DNA from: a virus
Taxonomy: Duplodnaviria; Caudoviricetes
Reading direction: 5' to 3' (one strand)
IMG/VR virus record: IMGVR_UViG_2974720701_000001
Coordinates: 35,518-99,517 of that record
Length of the DNA stretch: 64,000 nt
Part shown: positions 19,199 through 30,500 of the stretch, one piece after another
Layout of the letters: each line of letters opens with the position of its first letter
How positions within the stretch are numbered: the first letter of the stretch is position 1
Notes under the pieces: model-generated
The model's input: the letters and a program-made list of their open reading frames with translations, nothing else
What the model was told of the DNA's origin: nothing
Database searches by the model: none
Translations under genes and position numbers: made by a program

Positions 19199-21850
19199 AT
19201 GGGTAAATACACATCGTCACCATCATATAATAGTATGTCAGATTTATCTAAAAGAAGAGAATACAAGGATTACATGTATAATCCTGCCCCATCTGATTGG
19301 GTACCACCAAGTCAGAGAGGAAGTGCTTTCGGTAGGTTCATGAAGAAGCCGTATGTTAAATGGCCATTAATGGGTGTAGGAACAGCCTTTGCTGGTGGAT
19401 TAGTCCCATGGATGATTAACAAGTGGTGGAACAGTCGAGGGCAAGAACAACCAGAATCAGCAGAACCAGATCCTAGGAATATATTCCAGAAAACCAAAGA
19501 CTTCATGGTAGACCGTACCAAGGAAGGATGGGAAATGGAGAAAGGACTAGGTAAGGCAGCTTATAACAAAGCAGCTGAATATGTCCCTGAGGCAGTTACG
19601 CAAGCAAGACAACAATACATCGACCCAATAGCACAGACAGCATGGTCTGGAGCAAAAGCTGGTGGTAGTTACTTGTTGGATAAGGCTAAGAGTATGCTTC
19701 CAGCATCAGGACCAGTACAATCAACAGCACATGGAGGTCAAGTACCTAGGTATGCAGCTGGAGGACAAGGAAGAGATCCTGAATGGACCAACACAGCAGC
19801 AAAGGTTGGTGGTGGAGCAGTAGGAGCATTGGCTACATATGGACTAGGTTCAGGTATAGCACGTAAAATAGACAAGAAACCATTCTTTCCTACAGCATAT
19901 AATGAAGATGACTATTTGAGGTTCTTAAGACTTACTAGAGGTAATCCTACTCATGAAGATCTTCATGCACAATTCATGTTGCCAAAACCAGATCATGCAG
20001 ACTTATTCAATCAGTATAAAACCGGAAAAATAAGTCCAGATGACTATTATGCTGCTACTGAAAAGAATACAGCAATGGAGAAAGCTCGTTATAGACAGTG
20101 GTATAAGGACAATAAAGAATGGGCAGATAAGTACGTAGAAGGAAAGTATGGTCAATATAATCTTCCTAATCTTTCATCATCAACATCAGCATCATCGTCG
20201 GGGGTTGGTGCTAATCCTGTTATGAATAAGGTTCCAATAGATCTATCATCAGACAGTAGTTCATCTTTACAACAACAAGCACATGGAGGTTCAGTACCAA
20301 GGTTCTGGAAGGGAGGATTATTATCTAACCTAGCAAAAGGAGCTATGGGAGCTAAAGCAGCTTATGATATGGTTGGTCGTGGACAAGATGCATGGAGGAT
20401 GCTTAATGGTGGCAGACGTAGACGTAATGACTACTATGATGACAGAGGGCGTGGTAGAAGACATAACTTCATCACTGGCTTAACAGACACAGTGCATGAC
20501 GTACGTGAACTAGGAGACACCTTGGGTGTAGGACTAGGAGACATAACAGGAATGGTGAAGAAAAAACCTGGATATGGAGAGATGCTTGGTGGACAATTAG
20601 GAAAGATGTTCTACCATACACCACAGGGATTGATAATGAACGCATTTGGTTTGAATGCACCGGCTAGGTTCCTAGACACATTAGGAGGCTTTGTTGGTAA
20701 ACAAGCAGATAGGTTCATCCCTCAGTACTTACAACGTAAAGGCTACTATAATCCAGACAATACCTGGGGAGATACAGCAATGAACATTGTCGATAAAGGT
20801 GTTGGTGCAGTAGGCTCAGGGTTAAGTCGTCTAGGTCAAGGAGCTAAGTACTTAGGTAATAAAGTCTACGAAGGAGCTAAGGCAGTTGGTCAAGGAGCAT
20901 ATGACTATGCTAAGTCTGGTATACAAGCAATGAATGATTATGAATACAACGCAGGTAATCAAATGAGAAATAATGGTTTAGTTGTTGGTGGAGGTACTCA
21001 CTTTGATCCAACCTTCAATCAAACACAACAAAAAGCTTATCCAGGATTAGTTTCTAAGTATGGAAATGTAGGAGGTACAACAACACCATCTCCTAGAAAC
21101 TATAGTCAAGGAGCAGGAGTTTCTATGGCTACACCAGCAGGACCAATAGAAGGAGGGTTTAATACACCATATAAACAGCAAACTGCAATACCACAAGGCA
21201 TGACATTGGATCAGGCCAAATCGCAATATAGTACTGCCCCAGGAGGATTAGGAGCACCAAGAGCAAATTACACATATCCTCAAGTAGGAGCACAAAATAG
21301 GCCAGCAATGCAATTAAGTGGTGTTAATCTTCATGATCCAGGAGCTTCAGTGTTTGCTGAAAACAAGAATGATTTAGGTGGTACACGTGTTGGCCCTCAA
21401 CAAACCACAATGGTAAATTCACAAAATCCAACAACAATAACGCAACTATCAAGTAAGCCACTTCTTCAAACTCCTCAAACTACTGCTACTGCATTCACTG
21501 ACCCTCAAGCACCAGCACAAGCTTATGGAGGTATGGTTCCTCGTTATGTACAAGGTGGTTATGATTCTAATTCTAGGGTTAACCCATCAATCATGGGTGC
21601 TGGATTAGGCTCATTAGTAGGAGGAGCATATGGGTTGTATGCACAAGGACAAGAACAACGTATGAAGTTACTTGAATGGTTAGCACAGCAGCAGAAGATG
21701 CAAGAAAAAGGACAACCTATTGGAATGGACGAGATGGGACAAGGTATACCGGCAGAGTTAACTGAAGAACCATCATGGTACAGTGGCTGGCCACATGCAT
21801 TAGGTGGAGCAGCGATCGGAGGCGGTTTAGGAGCATTATTCGGAGGATAA
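19199..21850 (+). CDS. Modular putative cargo protein (883 aa; 3 GG-tags, glycine-zipper C-terminus)
   Basis: Tags at 19727, 20279 and 21521. Hydrophobic segments WPLMGVGTAFAGGLVPW, VGGGAVGALATYGLG, GAGLGSLVGGAYGLY and ALGGAAIGGGLGALFGG. Confidence 0.6.
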   Translation: MGKYTSSPSYNSMSDLSKRREYKDYMYNPAPSDWVPPSQRGSAFGRFMKKPYVKWPLMGVGTAFAGGLVPWMINKWWNSRGQEQPESAEPDPRNIFQKTKDFMVDRTKEGWEMEKGLGKAAYNKAAEYVPEAVTQARQQYIDPIAQTAWSGAKAGGSYLLDKAKSMLPASGPVQSTAHGGQVPRYAAGGQGRDPEWTNTAAKVGGGAVGALATYGLGSGIARKIDKKPFFPTAYNEDDYLRFLRLTRGNPTHEDLHAQFMLPKPDHADLFNQYKTGKISPDDYYAATEKNTAMEKARYRQWYKDNKEWADKYVEGKYGQYNLPNLSSSTSASSSGVGANPVMNKVPIDLSSDSSSSLQQQAHGGSVPRFWKGGLLSNLAKGAMGAKAAYDMVGRGQDAWRMLNGGRRRRNDYYDDRGRGRRHNFITGLTDTVHDVRELGDTLGVGLGDITGMVKKKPGYGEMLGGQLGKMFYHTPQGLIMNAFGLNAPARFLDTLGGFVGKQADRFIPQYLQRKGYYNPDNTWGDTAMNIVDKGVGAVGSGLSRLGQGAKYLGNKVYEGAKAVGQGAYDYAKSGIQAMNDYEYNAGNQMRNNGLVVGGGTHFDPTFNQTQQKAYPGLVSKYGNVGGTTTPSPRNYSQGAGVSMATPAGPIEGGFNTPYKQQTAIPQGMTLDQAKSQYSTAPGGLGAPRANYTYPQVGAQNRPAMQLSGVNLHDPGASVFAENKNDLGGTRVGPQQTTMVNSQNPTTITQLSSKPLLQTPQTTATAFTDPQAPAQAYGGMVPRYVQGGYDSNSRVNPSIMGAGLGSLVGGAYGLYAQGQEQRMKLLEWLAQQQKMQEKGQPIGMDEMGQGIPAELTEEPSWYSGWPHALGGAAIGGGLGALFGG

Positions 21851-21853
21851 TAT

Positions 21854-24800
21854 ATGAGCAGCAAAAGCAGTAAGATAAAAAGTGGTATAGGATATGGAGC
21901 GTCAGCTCCATTGTCTATATTATCAGGCTGGGCAGCCAGGGAAGGTATTAAGGCATTCAAGAGCCGTAATACACTTGATGATGACGTAGAGCTCAAGAAG
22001 ATGAATGAGAGGGGCGAAGCGAAGTATATCGATCGTCCATGGCTCAAAGGGACTAAGTACAGAGATGCTGTACGTGACTACATCAAGGATGCTGAGAACC
22101 CAGAGGTATTAACCAAGCTATATAAGGATAAGCGTATTAGCGGTAACACAGTATTCAAGAGTCATGCACAACCATGGAGTAACCGTACTGTAGCTTTTCA
22201 TCCAGAGTTCGCTAACAGACGTGTGTTTGGAGCAAACTTCAAGGATGATGGTTCAGAAGCGCGTTACTATGATACTCTTGGACGTGTGATGAATCAGTCT
22301 AACTACGACCAGTACAAGCAGAACGTAAATGAGCTCTTTGGTCCTATGCAGAACGTTGCTTTAGCTATACAAAAAGCTACAGCCAAGAGGAATATGTATG
22401 TTAATGCCAAGAACGCTCTTGGTACAACTACTGAAGGTGATAAGACAGGGTATTTAAATAAGTTCAAGGAAGACGATATAATCAATGAATATAACCTAGG
22501 TGATCGTTTCTCTACTGAACATTTGAATGCAGCAGAGGATGCGCTTAGAGCAGTTAAATACGCAAGGAAGAAAGGTTATGATGACTACATCACTAAGAAA
22601 GGTCTTCCTGATATAGATATAGTAGCTGAGGAACAACGCACACGTAATCCATTCTCACCAGAGGTTAGGGATAGGCTGGCTAGGCAATCAGTTAATCCAG
22701 AGGCACAAGTATTACCAGATAGTGAATCAGCTGGACCAGAGATGCCACCAGTTGAAGGTGTAGCACCACCAATGATCAATGCTTCAGGCTTTCGTATGCC
22801 ATCAGAAGCTAGTGCAGGCAGTCTAGCACATGGAGGATCGATACCTAGATACTCACAAGGTGGACAGATGCCAGCATATGAGGATGGAGGATTAGCTACC
22901 GGTCTTCTTGGTCGTAGATTACAGAACAGTGACTTAGCATACTTAGGTAGTGCAGCAGGGTACAAGGGAGCAAAAGATTACTTGGCTAAGTATAATTACC
23001 CTTCATACGAGAATGTTCTTCAGGATCGTATAGGACGTATATTTGGTAATGGTGATCTAGCTAAGAGTGCTGTACGTCAAGCATCTAGGTTAGGCAGAAC
23101 AGCTAATAACTACTTGAAAAAGATCGGTATGGCTGGACAGAACTGGATCACTGAAGGAGGCTTTGCTCCTAAGGAAGGTGAACCAAACAAGCTACAGTCA
23201 GCAGGTAATACAGCAGTTAAGACAGTATCTGATGCAGCTGTAAACATGGCTAATGAAAGGCAGAAGGTTGATGATGAGATGATGATGAACCCAGGCAAGT
23301 ACTTTGAAAGCAAAGGATATATACCTGGCACATACGCATTTGATCAGGCTATGTATAGACACATGAATGGTCTACCTGTAAGCACAGGTAATGACTATCT
23401 TGGATATAATGTTGACTACACAGCTCCAGTTGGAAGAACTAATATGGCTACAGCAACTGGAGCTCCAGCAGCACCACAGGCAAACCCACATACAGGAACA
23501 CAGTCAACAGCACGGGCAGATATACCTGATGGTGTAGATGATATGGATGATGCACAAGCAGCTACACAAGCAGCTACTCCTGCTGCTACACCACAACGAA
23601 ATCTTGCGTCATTCTATAACATAGGAGATGAGATACCAGATGAAGTAGAGATGCCACCACAACCACAAGATCAGGACTCAGCATACTACGTTAATAGGAC
23701 TGGTAGTCGTTTCAGCTTACCAGAAGATGTTAATGAAGCTCCACGGAACTTTCATACTATGCAAGAGCTTAGCCTTAATGCTCCACGTGAATGGCCTAAT
23801 TATAAAGGGTTAAATAAGAACATAACTGTTCCTTATCAAGACAGAAGAAATCGTGAAGACACGCGTGATCTTGGCAATCCTGTTACACGTGAAGGCGTAC
23901 CTCAGGAATTACCTGGATCACTACCATTTGATTTAGATGTTCCGCCAGTAGCAAAAGCTGGGCTAAGAAATTTTCCACAATTTGCGCGTAATGTAAGTAA
24001 TGGAGGACGTACGTATATTGGAGCCGGAGGAGTAGAATTATCAACAGGTGATAATCCTAACGATCCATTTGCTCATCTTATTGAAGACCCTAATGACCCA
24101 TTAGGATATACTGAGCAAAATAGATTTACAGGTATTAATCCTAATGCTGGAGGTCGTCTTGTTGCTGGTCCTATTCCAGTAGACAGACGTCCAACGACAA
24201 CTACATATCGAAGTCATTTCACTCCTGAAAGGAGTACGATATTGGAACCGAACCCTACATCAATGAGTACACTAAATCCTGGGTATTCTAGTAGACCAGG
24301 TAATTGGTCAAATCCACCAGTTAATCGAACACCTGGTTATCAGCCACGTTTTCAACCAGTAGGATATACATTACCTGGAATACCAGAACCACCTGACTAT
24401 GGAGCGACGACAGTTATGGGCGGACAGCCAGGACCTGGATTTGTTGCTCCACCAACAGACCCTATAGGTGCACCAGGAGAATTAGGAGCACCAAGAGTAC
24501 AAAGAAGGGCTGCTAATAATACTACTCCAGCACAATCTTCTGTTGCTCCTCCTGGAGCGTTTAATACTAATACTCAACCTAATGCACCAGGAGCGTTACA
24601 ACCAACACCACCTCCAGCAGGACCAACTACGCCATCAACAGCGTATGCAACACCTACTGGAACACCTGGTAGCACAGTAGCACCTGCTAGATCTAGGTTG
24701 CAGTTATCAACACCGCAAGCGCAGAACACACCTGGAGCAAGCATATATGGTAATACAGCATTACCATATACAGAACATGATCAAGGCTATATGAGTGCTG

Positions 24801-26701
24801 GAGGAAACCTTCTTCCTGACGATACAGCAGCAGCATCTACTAGGACCACAGGAACGCAGAACAATGCCTATGGAGGAGAAGTACGGAGATATGCTGACGG
24901 AGGTACATTAACGGGATTGAATGGGCTTAGATATCCACTATATGGTATCAAGCAACGTGATGATATCCCTCAGTACGGTCTAGGTGGCTGGCTTAAAGAT
25001 CAGATGAGTAGTATGGGTAAAGGGTTAAAGAACGCAGGTAGAGAGATCAACCGTGGAGCACATAACCTAGCACATAATGTTACTCATCCAGGACAATGGA
25101 TAAGACATGCTATACGTAGTGCTATTGAACATGGTAAGCAACTTCCTTCAGTACTAAGGAACGCTGGTAAGCTAGCTAACTGGGCTATTCATCATCCAGG
25201 ACAAGCATTGATGGCTGGAGGTAAACAGTTACTACATAGCTTAAACCCATTCAAGTTAGACTTCTGGAAGTCTATTGTAGACCCTACGTACAACTTTAGA
25301 AGAGGATATAAGTGGCTTGAAGGTGATGATTCGCAAGGCGGTCGTAGGGAAGGGTTAGCTGAACGAGATAAGGGATTACCAGAGGCACCTGCAGGTCAAG
25401 AACAGGAAGAAGATCAAGAAAACTACGGAGCAGGTGGAGGAGCAGGCGGTGAAGGCGCAGCATTAGATGAAAGAGACATGAACTCTAGCGTACGTAACCC
25501 ATGGGACGAAGCTAAACAACGTAGAGATACTGATCGTGATACTGGAGCAGCAGCTATGTCTGGCACCAGAGGACAGGATACATATAGACAGATGATGTAC
25601 TACCTCAACCAGCAACAACCACATATGCCTATACAAGCTCATGGTGGATATGTGCCTAGATATGCTGAAGGAGGAAGGCAAGATAAACAAAGTGTAGCAC
25701 CTAACATTTCTGGTGTTGCTACTGGAGCAGCAAGCACTATACCTATATACTATGGTGTACGCGGACTTTCTAGGTGGCATGATGAAAAGCCATTCTTCAA
25801 GTCTCATCCTGAAGAAAATAGGTATTTACGTATTGCAGATCAGATTCGTAGAATGCGTGCTCAAAACCCAGAATTATTAGCAGCTGATAATGCACATGAT
25901 AATATTGTTGGGTCTCATTTTTTAGATCAAATTCCTTTTAATGGAATTCCTACTCGAAATGCTTACCATAATTTTGTGGAAAATAAAGTAGGAGATTATA
26001 GTACGTGGTTTGAAAAAAATCGTAAATGGGTAGATAAATATTTAGATAAAAGATATAAGGCATTAGAAGAGGGCTTAAGTGCACCTAACCAAAACACAAT
26101 GATGACATCAAATGGACCACTTAATGTCAATATAGAACAACCAAATGGTGATATGCCACAAAATCCTTTACCAGATGTTGGGCTAGGACAAGCATATGGC
26201 GGTCGTGTTCAGCGCTACGCTAACGGTGGCTACACTAATCCTTTTGCAGTACCTGCATATGGTTTTGGTGGTTACGCACAGCAGATGCAACAACAGATGC
26301 AACAACAGGCTATGGCGCAGCAAGCACAAGCACAGTCACAACAGTTTCAAACTGAGATGGCTAGATCAATGATGGAAGGTCAACAACAAGAACAAAATGC
26401 TGGTATGCAAGACTATAGAGGACGGTTGCTGATGGAGCAATACATGAACCAAGGACAGGGACAAGGACAAGGTTCGTACGCACAGTCTGGTGTCTATGAC
26501 CCAACCGGTCAGGGAGGTAATCAGATGAGCCCACAAGGACCACAGCAGTCACAACAGGTTGAAGCACAAGCAGCACAGGTAGACCCACGTATACGAGCAC
26601 GTATACCATACTACCAGATGATGTATCAGAAGAAGTCAGCGCAGGTATCAAACCCTAAAGGAGCGATGAAGCGTGTTATGCCACCTAGAATGAGAGGATA
26701 A
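21854..26701 (+). CDS. Modular putative cargo protein (1615 aa; 4 GG-tags)
   Basis: Tags at 22826, 24866, 25637 and 26192, long Pro/Thr/Ala-rich linkers and a Gln-rich C-terminus. Confidence 0.6.
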   Translation: MSSKSSKIKSGIGYGASAPLSILSGWAAREGIKAFKSRNTLDDDVELKKMNERGEAKYIDRPWLKGTKYRDAVRDYIKDAENPEVLTKLYKDKRISGNTVFKSHAQPWSNRTVAFHPEFANRRVFGANFKDDGSEARYYDTLGRVMNQSNYDQYKQNVNELFGPMQNVALAIQKATAKRNMYVNAKNALGTTTEGDKTGYLNKFKEDDIINEYNLGDRFSTEHLNAAEDALRAVKYARKKGYDDYITKKGLPDIDIVAEEQRTRNPFSPEVRDRLARQSVNPEAQVLPDSESAGPEMPPVEGVAPPMINASGFRMPSEASAGSLAHGGSIPRYSQGGQMPAYEDGGLATGLLGRRLQNSDLAYLGSAAGYKGAKDYLAKYNYPSYENVLQDRIGRIFGNGDLAKSAVRQASRLGRTANNYLKKIGMAGQNWITEGGFAPKEGEPNKLQSAGNTAVKTVSDAAVNMANERQKVDDEMMMNPGKYFESKGYIPGTYAFDQAMYRHMNGLPVSTGNDYLGYNVDYTAPVGRTNMATATGAPAAPQANPHTGTQSTARADIPDGVDDMDDAQAATQAATPAATPQRNLASFYNIGDEIPDEVEMPPQPQDQDSAYYVNRTGSRFSLPEDVNEAPRNFHTMQELSLNAPREWPNYKGLNKNITVPYQDRRNREDTRDLGNPVTREGVPQELPGSLPFDLDVPPVAKAGLRNFPQFARNVSNGGRTYIGAGGVELSTGDNPNDPFAHLIEDPNDPLGYTEQNRFTGINPNAGGRLVAGPIPVDRRPTTTTYRSHFTPERSTILEPNPTSMSTLNPGYSSRPGNWSNPPVNRTPGYQPRFQPVGYTLPGIPEPPDYGATTVMGGQPGPGFVAPPTDPIGAPGELGAPRVQRRAANNTTPAQSSVAPPGAFNTNTQPNAPGALQPTPPPAGPTTPSTAYATPTGTPGSTVAPARSRLQLSTPQAQNTPGASIYGNTALPYTEHDQGYMSAGGNLLPDDTAAASTRTTGTQNNAYGGEVRRYADGGTLTGLNGLRYPLYGIKQRDDIPQYGLGGWLKDQMSSMGKGLKNAGREINRGAHNLAHNVTHPGQWIRHAIRSAIEHGKQLPSVLRNAGKLANWAIHHPGQALMAGGKQLLHSLNPFKLDFWKSIVDPTYNFRRGYKWLEGDDSQGGRREGLAERDKGLPEAPAGQEQEEDQENYGAGGGAGGEGAALDERDMNSSVRNPWDEAKQRRDTDRDTGAAAMSGTRGQDTYRQMMYYLNQQQPHMPIQAHGGYVPRYAEGGRQDKQSVAPNISGVATGAASTIPIYYGVRGLSRWHDEKPFFKSHPEENRYLRIADQIRRMRAQNPELLAADNAHDNIVGSHFLDQIPFNGIPTRNAYHNFVENKVGDYSTWFEKNRKWVDKYLDKRYKALEEGLSAPNQNTMMTSNGPLNVNIEQPNGDMPQNPLPDVGLGQAYGGRVQRYANGGYTNPFAVPAYGFGGYAQQMQQQMQQQAMAQQAQAQSQQFQTEMARSMMEGQQQEQNAGMQDYRGRLLMEQYMNQGQGQGQGSYAQSGVYDPTGQGGNQMSPQGPQQSQQVEAQAAQVDPRIRARIPYYQMMYQKKSAQVSNPKGAMKRVMPPRMRG

Positions 26702-26703
26702 TT

Positions 26704-27531
26704 ATGATAATGCATTTTGAAAAACCCGAGGTTATATTAGAGAAGCTAATCACTGATTTGGATCTTAAGGACAACCAGTTCAGTATGAAGAAGTTCATGC
26801 GTTGGGGAGGAGAAGCTATTGCGCACATAGGTGCATTGCATAGACTACCTATTTTGAATAATGAGATTGAACAAAACATAGAAGATGGATCAATTCAATT
26901 ACCATTATATGCTAAACAGCTTCACTATGTAGGCTATCAGAATGCAGACGTTAATGATGATGATTTTGATTCTACAAAATTCATAGAAATTAAAAAGTAT
27001 GTAGGAGCGAACATAGTTATGGATGATCCTGCAGATCCTCCAATATTTTACCTACATCTTTTGGCTAAAGAAGAAGGAGGAGAACCTATAATAACATCCG
27101 TAGCATTTAACAAATCTACTGGTGCTGGAGTAGCTCGTTTTAGCAGTATACCAGTTAGTAAAGACAGATGGCTTGTTCCAACATTAGAATCTTATCAAGA
27201 AGCAGTCTATTGGTACATAGTCATGAAGGTGCTTTACCAGGAGGTTTTTCGTGGCAAACAAGAGAAGATACAACCATACACATATGCAGCTGGTATGTGG
27301 AGCAATTTCCGTAACTTAGCATATGGCGAACTGATGATGCCAGACAAGTGGGAGATGGATGATCTTGGTCAAGAGTTGTCATTGGGCATATCTTACAGTG
27401 GGCTTAACCCTCGTAGGACACCATTACTACCTGACCAATCAGCATACACTAACATACCTATCGTCATCAATGAGACACACTTAGGATCAGGATTACCTGA
27501 CCCTGTTATACCGATCAAAAAAGATAAATAA
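26704..27531 (+). CDS. Tail ring protein 1 / tail tubular protein (Ttub, P22 gp4-like head-tail adaptor)
   Basis: VILEKLITDLDL...RWGGEAIAHIG...IQLP...YQEAVYWYIVMKVLY.E...G...Y.YA..MW...R..AYGELMMP matches the crAss Ttub/ring-1 family pattern. Confidence 0.78.
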   Translation: MIMHFEKPEVILEKLITDLDLKDNQFSMKKFMRWGGEAIAHIGALHRLPILNNEIEQNIEDGSIQLPLYAKQLHYVGYQNADVNDDDFDSTKFIEIKKYVGANIVMDDPADPPIFYLHLLAKEEGGEPIITSVAFNKSTGAGVARFSSIPVSKDRWLVPTLESYQEAVYWYIVMKVLYQEVFRGKQEKIQPYTYAAGMWSNFRNLAYGELMMPDKWEMDDLGQELSLGISYSGLNPRRTPLLPDQSAYTNIPIVINETHLGSGLPDPVIPIKKDK

Positions 27532-30500
27532 TGGCAGTAGATTACACAAAAGCAGCCGTCAGTAAAGGCGAGATATACCGCAAGTGGGGTGAGATAAAGA
27601 AGGTCACTAAGGGCCATGGAGCTACCGCGGACAATGTTATGGTGAACACATCACCTGACTTTGCTGTTCTAGGTAATACCATACATCCACTCTATGGAGT
27701 ACCGTTTAAGACTCTTGGAGAGAGGTTATATAGACGGTTTAACAATCCATTCTATCAGGACGGTGATGAGCTGTCTGAGTCTTCTAAAGCATTGAACCAC
27801 AAGGTGGTTAATGAGGAGTTTGATAAGCTATTGCAACAGCAGGAGCAAGTCAATCAGATGGAAGGTAATAATAAGCAGTTCGCTGATGTGAGCTCTACAC
27901 AGTATCAACAGAACGCGTATGGAGGTGCAGTTCCTAGGTATGCACAAGGCGGGAGTAAGAAGAAGAGTGAATGGGAGTCATTCAAGGAAGGCACAAGAGA
28001 GGTTGGTTCGTCCTTTGCTGACCTTGGTAGACAAGTGAAAGAAAACTTCTGGGATCCAATGCCTAGATGGGGTAAGTACGCTACTGCTGGTGTGGGTGCA
28101 GGACTAGCAGGACTAGGTGGATACTATGGCATGATACGTCCATTATATAGGAAGTACAAGAGCTGGAAAGAAGCCAAGGAAGCAGCAGAAGCAAAGAGAA
28201 AAGCAGATATAGCAGCTGCACAACGAGGCAAGCCAATGGCTGAAAATGAAGTTATTGGAACAAATGAACCAGCAGGTCCTAAGCCAGATACATTAGATAA
28301 ATCAGTACCAAAGAAAACCAGCTTACCAACACAGACAGGCGAAGAAAAGAGCATCATCACTCCTACTGAAACACCTGAAGTGAAGATGGTTGGGCCTAAT
28401 GCTATGACTGTCAAGCAACCAAAGATTAAGTTTGGTAAGTCAGCTGCAGTACAAGAACACAGGTTAGATGAAAACAATGACATCAATGATGCGATAGATA
28501 AGGCAAACAGAGCTAAAAGGGCAGCAAATAAACAAGTAAGGCTTAAAGTCACGCCAACGATAGATAAGCCAAGACCTCTTATCGTAGGAGATAACCGTCC
28601 TGACTATAACCCTGAAGGTGCTATCTATCCTCCAAACATGAAGATTGTTAGAGGGTTTAAGAATGTTAGACATATTACTCCAGGCGAACCAAAAGCACCT
28701 AGCTTTGGTCTTAAGCAAGATAATCCAATGCTCAAGCAGCCGCTCACTAATGAGCAGGCGCAAGAGAAAATGGCTCAGCAATTAGTTGATCAGGATGAAT
28801 TCGGAAAGGTTAAACACGACTCAGATACTGCAGGAAAGAACATTGAACAATGGCCACCATTGAAGACCAAGTACATGGATTTCCCTTCAGATTCAGGAGA
28901 CGAGCCTAGAGCGACTGATCTATATCCACCATTCGATGAACCACCAAAGGGTGTACGTATAAAAGGAGAAAGATTTTTCAATCCTTTTGAAGTGAAAGAA
29001 TTTTCAAAGCCTGTCAATCCTATCATGGGGCGTAATCCTGCTAGGGTTCATACTAACAAGCTAGACCTAAACCCTAAAGTACAGAACAAAGGACTTACGC
29101 TAGAGGAGATGTATGCTCCAGCAAGCGAAGGTGGACGTAAGTTATCAGACAAGGACGTACAGAAGCTATTCAAAAGAGAAAGAGCCTCCATCAATGGTAA
29201 AGGAGTAGAAAAACCACATAGCTATAAGCCAGCTAACTGGTTTGGTACAGGGTTCGAAGGTGGCGAAGGAAAGACAAAGTTCACTCCTCATCCAAGAACA
29301 ACAGAAAGAACACCTGTATATTCAGAGAAGTTCTTCCCTCATGGTAGTCCAGAAGAGCCAAGAGCTAATCAGTATGGAAATTTAGAAAATACAATATACG
29401 AACCAACCGGTAAGGACGTACTTGGTAATGTAGTTGATTACGATGCTACAGGACAGAGAGATGAGAAGGGTAACTTTATTGTTCCTAAGAAACCATCTGT
29501 TGTTAAGCAAAGACCACCTCATAAACATAGAGGCAGAGGATCATATCAATTAGATGACAGCGACCTTGAGCTCTTAGGTTCAGATACAGATACTCCATAT
29601 GCAGGAGGTCAAGCATTACTTGGTGATCCTGTTGGACATCTGTATGAAGACATGGGCCCTGGACTACAAGGCACAGTAAACCCATTCGTAGCAGCTAAAC
29701 GACGTCAGAAGCTAATAGATAGTGATTCTGATGTTCTAACAAAAGCTCAGTTTGATGCACTACCTACAGACCAAGATGGTTATTCAATAGGGCCTGATGT
29801 TAATGAGCAACAGGCCATTAATCAAGGCGTTGATGCTGCTAATAGGGACCTACCTTATGATACAACATGGTTTAATCCAGGATATGGTGACCAACCGTTT
29901 GCAGAGATAAGAGAGCTTAAGCGCACTAATCCTATTGAGTACATAGATGCAGTAAATGCTATGCATGCTATTAGCCCATCTGACTATAAGCGTTTCTCTA
30001 ACTGGCATGGTATTCATCATCCAGGCGAAGATGTAGAAGACAAGACTGTACTTAATGCTGCTATACCACAATTTGAAGAACGTGGTAAATTCCCTTATGG
30101 CTACAGAGCTCCTACATTAGCTCAGATGCAGAGAGAACCAATGTTCCCTTTTAACTATGAAGAGAAGCCTATTGTACACAAGCTTACTCCTGCGGCTATA
30201 AAAGTCAGTCAAGGCAAGAAAGCTTTGGGTCTGACTGAGGCTACTCCAGTTGAACGACAGGTGGAAGCACGTATGGAATCATTAGGAAATTTCAATGACT
30301 TCTATAAATGGGCTAAGGAAGATAATGATCGCTATCTACGGTTCAGACGAGCACAGCAGCTTAAGAACCCAGATGCATTTAGAGACTTTGACACATGGAG
30401 AAATGACTATTATCCTGAGTGGGACGAGAACCCAAGGTTGTTTGCTCCGTATGATGTGCCTTCATTAAAAAATGTACCTGCTAAACCAAGACAAGCGGAG

